Assembly (NCBI RefSeq): GCF_009914755.1
Contig: NC_060925.1
From: the human T2T-CHM13v2.0 reference genome, Homo sapiens
DNA length: 64,000 nt
Direction: 5' to 3' (one strand)
Numbering within the stretch: position 1 is the stretch's first letter; each line of letters begins with the position of its first letter. The notes under the pieces are model-generated. The model searched no databases. It saw only the letters and a list, made by a program, of their open reading frames with translations, and had not been told where the DNA came from. Below are positions 58,724 to 64,000 of the stretch, piece after piece. Both the position numbers and the translations under genes were made by a program.

Positions 58724-61351
58724 CTCTCTCCCTCTCCCGTCTCCCTCTCCCTCTCCCGTCTCCCTCTCCCGTCTCCCTCTCCCTCTCCCGTCTCCCTCTC
58801 CCTCTCCCGTCTCCCTCTCCCTCTCCCGTCTCCCTCTCCCTCTCCCGTCTCCCTCTCCCTCTCCCGTCTCCCTCTCCCTCTCCCGTCTCCCTCTCCCTCT
58901 CCCGTCTCCCTCTCCCTCTCATGCCGAGCCAAAGCTGGACGGTACTGCTGCCATCTCGGCTCACTGCAACCTCCCTGCCTGATTCTCCTGCCTCAGCCTG
59001 CCGAGTGCCTGCGATTGCAGGCGCGCGCCGCCACGCCTGACTGGTTTTCGTTTTTTTTTGGTGGAGATGGGGTTTCGCTGTGTTGGCCGGGCTGGTCTCC
59101 AGCTCCTAACCGCGAGTGATCCGCCAGCCTCGGCCTCCCGAGGTGCCGGGATTGCAGATGGAGTCTCGTTCACTCAGTGCTCAATGGTGCCCAGGCTGGA
59201 GTGCAGTGGCGTGATCTCGGCTCGCTACAACCACCTCCCAGCCGCCTGCCTTGGCCTCCCAAAGAGCCGAGATTGCAGCCTCTGCCCGGCCGCCACCCCG
59301 TCTGGGAAGTGAGGAGCGTCTCTGCTTGGCCACCCATCGTCTGGGATATGAGGAGCCCCTCTGCCTGGCTGCCCAGTGTGGAAAGTGAGGAGCGTCTCTG
59401 CCCGGCCGCCATCCCATCTAGGAAGCGAGAAGCGCCTCTTCCCCGCCGCCATCCCATCTAGGAAGTGAGGAGCGTCTCTGCCCGGCCGCCCATCGTCTGA
59501 GATGTGGGGAGCACCTCTGCCCCACCGCCCTGTCTGGGATGTGAGGAGCGCCTCTGCTGGGCCGCAACCCTGTCTGGGAGGTGAGGAGTGTCTCTGCCCG
59601 GCCGCTCCGTCTGAGAAGTGAGGAAACCCTCTGCCTGGCAACCGCCCCGTCTGAGAAGTGAGGAGCCCCTCCGTCTGGCAACCACCCCGTCTGGGAAGTG
59701 AGGAGCGTCTCCGCCCGGCAGCCACCCCGTCCGGGAGGGAGGTGGGGGGGGTCAGCCCCCCGCCCGGCCAGCCGCCCCGTCCGGGAGGTGAGGGGCTCCT
59801 CTGCCCGGCCGCCCCTACTGGGAAGTGAGGAGCCCCTCTGCCCGGCCAGCCGCCCCGTCCGGGAGGGAGGCGGGGGGGGGGGGGGGGGGGGTCGGCCAGC
59901 CGCCCCGGCCGGGAGGTGAGGGGCTCCTCTGCCCGGCCGCCCCTACTGGGAAGTGAGGAGCCCCTCTGCCCGGCCAGTCGCCCCGTCCAGGAGGGAGGTG
60001 GGGGGGTCAACCCCCCGCCCGGCCAGCCGCCCAGTCCGGGAGGGAGGTGGGGTGTCAGCCCCCCCCCTGGCCAGCCGCCCCGTCTGGGAGGTGAGGGGCG
60101 CCTCTGCCCGGCCGCCCCTACTGGGAAGTGAGGAGCCCCTCTGCCCGGTCAGCCGCCCCGCCCAGGAGGGAGGTGGGGGGGTCAGCCCCCCGCCCGGCCA
60201 GCCGCCCCGTCCGGGAGGGGGGAGGGCGGGTCAGCCCCCTGCCCGGCCAGCCGCCCCGTCCGGGAGGGAGGTGGGGGGATCAGCCCCCTGCCTGGCCAGC
60301 CACCCCGTCCGGGAGGTGAGGGGCGCCTCTGCCCGGCTGCCCCTACTGGGAAGTGAGGACCCCTCTGCCCGGCCAGCCGCCCCGTCCGGGAGGGAGGTGG
60401 GGGGGGTCAGCCCCCCGCCCGGCCAGCCGCCCCGTCCGGGAGGGAGGTGGGGGGATCAGCCCCCTGCCTGGCCAGCCGCCCCGTCCGGGAGGTGAGGGGC
60501 GCCTCTGCCCGGCCGCCCCTACTGGGAAGTGAGGACCCCTCTGCCCGGCCAGCCGCCCCGTCCGGGAGGGAGGTGGGGGGAACAGCCCCCCGCCCGGCCA
60601 GCCGCCCTATCCAGGAGGTGAGGGGCGCCTCTGCCCGGCCGCCCCTACTGGGAAGTGAGGAGCCCCTCTGCCTGGCCAGCCGCCCCGTCCGGGAGGGCGG
60701 TGGGGGGGTCAGCCCCCCGCCCGGCCAGCCGCCCCATCTGGGAGGTGAGGGGCACTTCTGCCGGGCCGCCCCTACTGGGAAGTGAGGAGCCCCTCTGCCC
60801 GGCCACGACCCGTCTGGGAGGTGTGCCCAGCGGCTCATTGGGGATGGGCCATGATGACAATGGCGGTTTTGTGGAATAGAAAGGCGGGAAGGGTGGGGAA
60901 AAAATTGAGAAATCGGATGGTTGCTGGGTCTGTGTGGATAGAAGTAGACATGGGAGACTTTTCATTTTGTTCTGTACTAAGAAAAATTCTTCTGCCTTGG
61001 GATCCTGTTGATCTGTGACCTTATCCCCAACCCTGTGCTCTCTGAGACATGTGCTGTGTCCACTCAGGGTTAGATGGATTAAGGGCGGTGCAAGATGTGC
61101 TTTGTTGAACAGATGCTTGAGGGCAGCATGCTCGTTGAGAGTCATCACCACTCCCTAATCTTAAGTACCCAGGGACACAAACGCTGCGGAAGGCCGCAGG
61201 GTCCTCTGCCTAGGAAAACCAGAGACCTTTGTTCACTTGTTTATCTGCTGACCTTCCCTCCACTATTGTCCTATGACCCTGCCAAATCCCCCTCTGTGAG
61301 AAACACCCAAGAATGATCAATAAAAATAAAAAATAAAAAAAAAAAAAAAAA
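58724..61351 (+). mobile_element. Full-length SVA, probably SVA_E (human-specific), long VNTR
   Basis: Hexamer array 58724-58920, Alu-like region, VNTR about 59280-60820, SINE-R with cccagcggctcattggggatggg, AATAAA plus poly(A). TSD AAAAATTAACTAGGGGG at 58707-58723 and 61352-61368. Confidence 0.95.
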
Positions 61352-61363
61352 AAAAATTAACTA

Positions 61364-64000
61364 GGGGGTTGAGCCAAGACGGCCGAATAGGATCAGCTCC
61401 AGTCTACAGCTCCCAGCCTGAGCGGTGCAGAAGACGGGTGATTTCTGCATTTCCAACTGAGGTACCAGGTTCTTCTCACTGGGGAGTGTCAGAAAGTGGG
61501 TGTAGGACAGTGGGTGCAGTGCACCGAGCGTGAGCCAAAGCAGCATGAGGCATTGCCTCTCCTGGGAAGTGCAAGGAGTCAGGGAATTCCCTTTCCTAGT
61601 CAAAGAAAGGGGTGACAGATGGCACCTGTAAAATCCGGTCACTCCCACCCTCATACTGCGCTTTTCCAACAGTCTTAGCAAGTGGCACACCAGGAGATTA
61701 TATCCCGTGCCTGGCTCAAAAGATCCTATGCCCACGGAGCCTCACACATTGCTAGCACAGCAGTCTGAGATCAAACTGCAAGGCGGCAGCAAGGCTATGG
61801 GACGGGCGCCTGCCATAGCTGAGGCTTGAGTAGGTAAACAAAGCAGCCAGGAAGCTGGAACTGGGTGGAGCCCACTGCAGCTCAAGGAGGCCTGTCTGCC
61901 TCCGCAGACTCCATTTCTGGGGGCAGGGCATTGCCAAACAAAAGACAGCAGAATCCTCTGTAGACTTAAATGTCCCTGTCTGACAGCTTTGAAGAGAATA
62001 GTGGTTCTCCCAGCATGCAGCTGGAGATCTGAGAATGGACAGACTGCCTCCTCAAGTGGTTCTGTGACCCCTAAGTAGCCTAACTGGGAGGCACCCACCA
62101 GCAGGGGCAGACTGACACCTCACATGGCCAGGTACTCCTCTGAGACAAAACTTCCACAGGAACGATCAGGCAGCAACATTTGCTGTTCACCAATATCCAC
62201 TGTTCTGCAGCCTCTGCTGCTGATACCCAGGCAAACAGGTTCTGGAGTGGACCTCCAGCAAACTCCAACAGACCTGCAGCTGAGGGTCCTGACTGTTAGA
62301 AGGAAAACTAACAAACAGAAAGGACATCCACACCAAAACCCAGTCTGTACATCAGCATCATCAAAGACTAAAGGTAGATAAGACCACAAAGATGGGGAAA
62401 AAACAGAGCAGAAAAACGGGAAACTCTAAAAATCAGAGTTCCTCTCCTCCTCGAAAGGAACACAGCTCCTCACCAGCAATGGAACAAAGCTAGAGGGAGA
62501 AGGACTTTGATGAGTTGAGAGATGAAGGCTTCAGATGATCAAACTACTCTGAGCTAAAAGAGGAAGTTCGAACCCATGGCAAAGAAGTCAAAAACATTGA
62601 AAAAAAATTAGATGAATGGCTAACTAAAATAACCAATGCAGAGAAGTCCTTGAAGGACCTGATGGAGCTGAAAACCATGGCACGAGAACTACGTGACAAA
62701 TGTACAAGCCTCAGTAGCTGACTCAATCAACTGGAAGAAAGGGTATCAGTGAGGGAAGATCAAATGAATGAAATGAAGCGAGAAGAGAAGTTCAGAGATA
62801 AAAGAATAAGAGGAAATGAACAAAGCCTCCAAGAAATATGGGACTATGTGAAAAGACCAAATCTATGTCTGACTGGTATACCTGAAAGTGATGGGGAGAA
62901 TGGAACCTAGCTGGAAAACACTCTTCAGGATATTATCCAGCAGAACTTCCCCAATCTAGCAAGGCAGGCAAACATTCAAATTCAGGAAATACACAGAATG
63001 CCACAAAGATACTCCTTGAGAAGAGCGACTCCAAGACACATAATTGTCAGATTCGCCAAAGTTGAAATGAAGGAAAAAATGTTAAGGGCAACCAGAGAGA
63101 AAGGTCGGGTTACCCACAAAGGGAAGCCCATCAGACTGACAGCGGAGCTCTCGGCAGAAACTCTACAAGCTAGAAGAGAGTGGGGGCCTATATTCAACAT
63201 TCTTAAGAAAGAATTTTCGACCCAGAATTTCATATGCAACCAAACTAAGCTTCATAAGTGAAGGAGAGATAAATTCCTTTACAGACAAGCAAATGCTGAG
63301 AGATTTTGTCACCACCAGGCCTGCCCTATAAGAGCTCCTGAAGGAAGCACTAAACACGGAAAGGAACAACTGGTACCAGCCACTTCAAACACGTGCCAAA
63401 TTGGAAGGACCATCGATACTAGGAAGAAACTGCATCAACTAAAGAGCAAAATAACCAGCTAACATCATAATGACAGGATCAAATTCATACATAACAATAT
63501 TAACCTTAAATGTAAATGGGCTAAATGCTCCAATTAAAAAACACAGACTCGCAAATTTCATAGAGTCAAGACCCATCAGTGTGCTGCATTCAGGAAACCC
63601 ATCTCACATGCAGAGACACACATAGGCTCAAAATAAAGGGATGGAGGAAGATCTTCCAAGCAAATGGAAAACACAAAAAGGCAGGAGTTGCCATCCTAGT
63701 CTCGGATAAAACAGACTTTAAACCAACAAAGATCAAAAGAGACAAAGAAGGCCATTACATCATGGTAAAGGGATCCATTCAACAAGAAGAGCTAACTATC
63801 CTAAATATAGATGCACCCAATACAGGAGCACCCAGATTCATAAAGCAAGTCCTTAGAGACCTACAAAGAGACTTAGACTCCCACACAATAATAATGGGAG
63901 ACTTCAACACCCCACTGTCAACATTAGACACATCAATGAGACAGAAAGTTAACAAGGATATACAGGAATTGAACTCAGCTCTGCGCCAAGCGGACCTAAT
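61364..64000 (+). mobile_element. L1PA (about PA3-PA5) with intact 5' end, runs off the window; ORF1 inactivated
   Basis: GGGGG…gagccaaga(c)ggccgaatagg 5'UTR. ORF1 ATG at 62392 with TAG at 62491. ORF2 endonuclease start near 63470. Confidence 0.95.

Noticed and set aside
59280-60820. Repeat-spacer-like array resembling CRISPR
   Set aside because: It is the SVA VNTR: eukaryotic context, no unique spacers, no cas genes.
58517-61316. Many long Pro/Arg/Gly-rich ORFs
   Set aside because: Artefacts of the GC-rich SVA hexamer and VNTR; the same applies to 29543-30819.

Overview
Human (hominid) genomic DNA from the PRAME-family (PRAMEF) segmental-duplication cluster. From recalled protein sequences and gene order it is most likely 1p36.21, PRAMEF8-PRAMEF33-PRAMEF15. 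Three intact 4-exon PRAMEF genes can be rebuilt with canonical GT-AG splice sites: a PRAMEF7/8-type gene on the minus strand (474 aa), a PRAMEF10/33-type gene on the plus strand (474 aa) and a PRAMEF9/15-type gene on the plus strand (478 aa). There is also a 5'-truncated PRAMEF1/2-like pseudogene. Each intact gene has a homologous promoter with spaced DUX4-like TAAYYYAATCA motifs. The rest is a dense retroelement mosaic: many Alus, two near-full-length L1PA elements, two SVAs, ERV LTRs and a U6-L1 chimera. I found no wholly new gene system. The most notable signals are: a cluster of A>G changes in the young SVA consistent with ADAR editing fixed by retrotransposition; an SVA that reused an L1 insertion site inside an Alu; an LTR12 poly(A) mini-retrocopy inside an L1; two L1s sharing private variants; a 50-bp exon copy pasted into an intron; promoter/coding mosaicism between paralogues; and convergent CTCF-like sites bracketing the three genes. 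Repeat boundaries and subfamily names are by eye and approximate.
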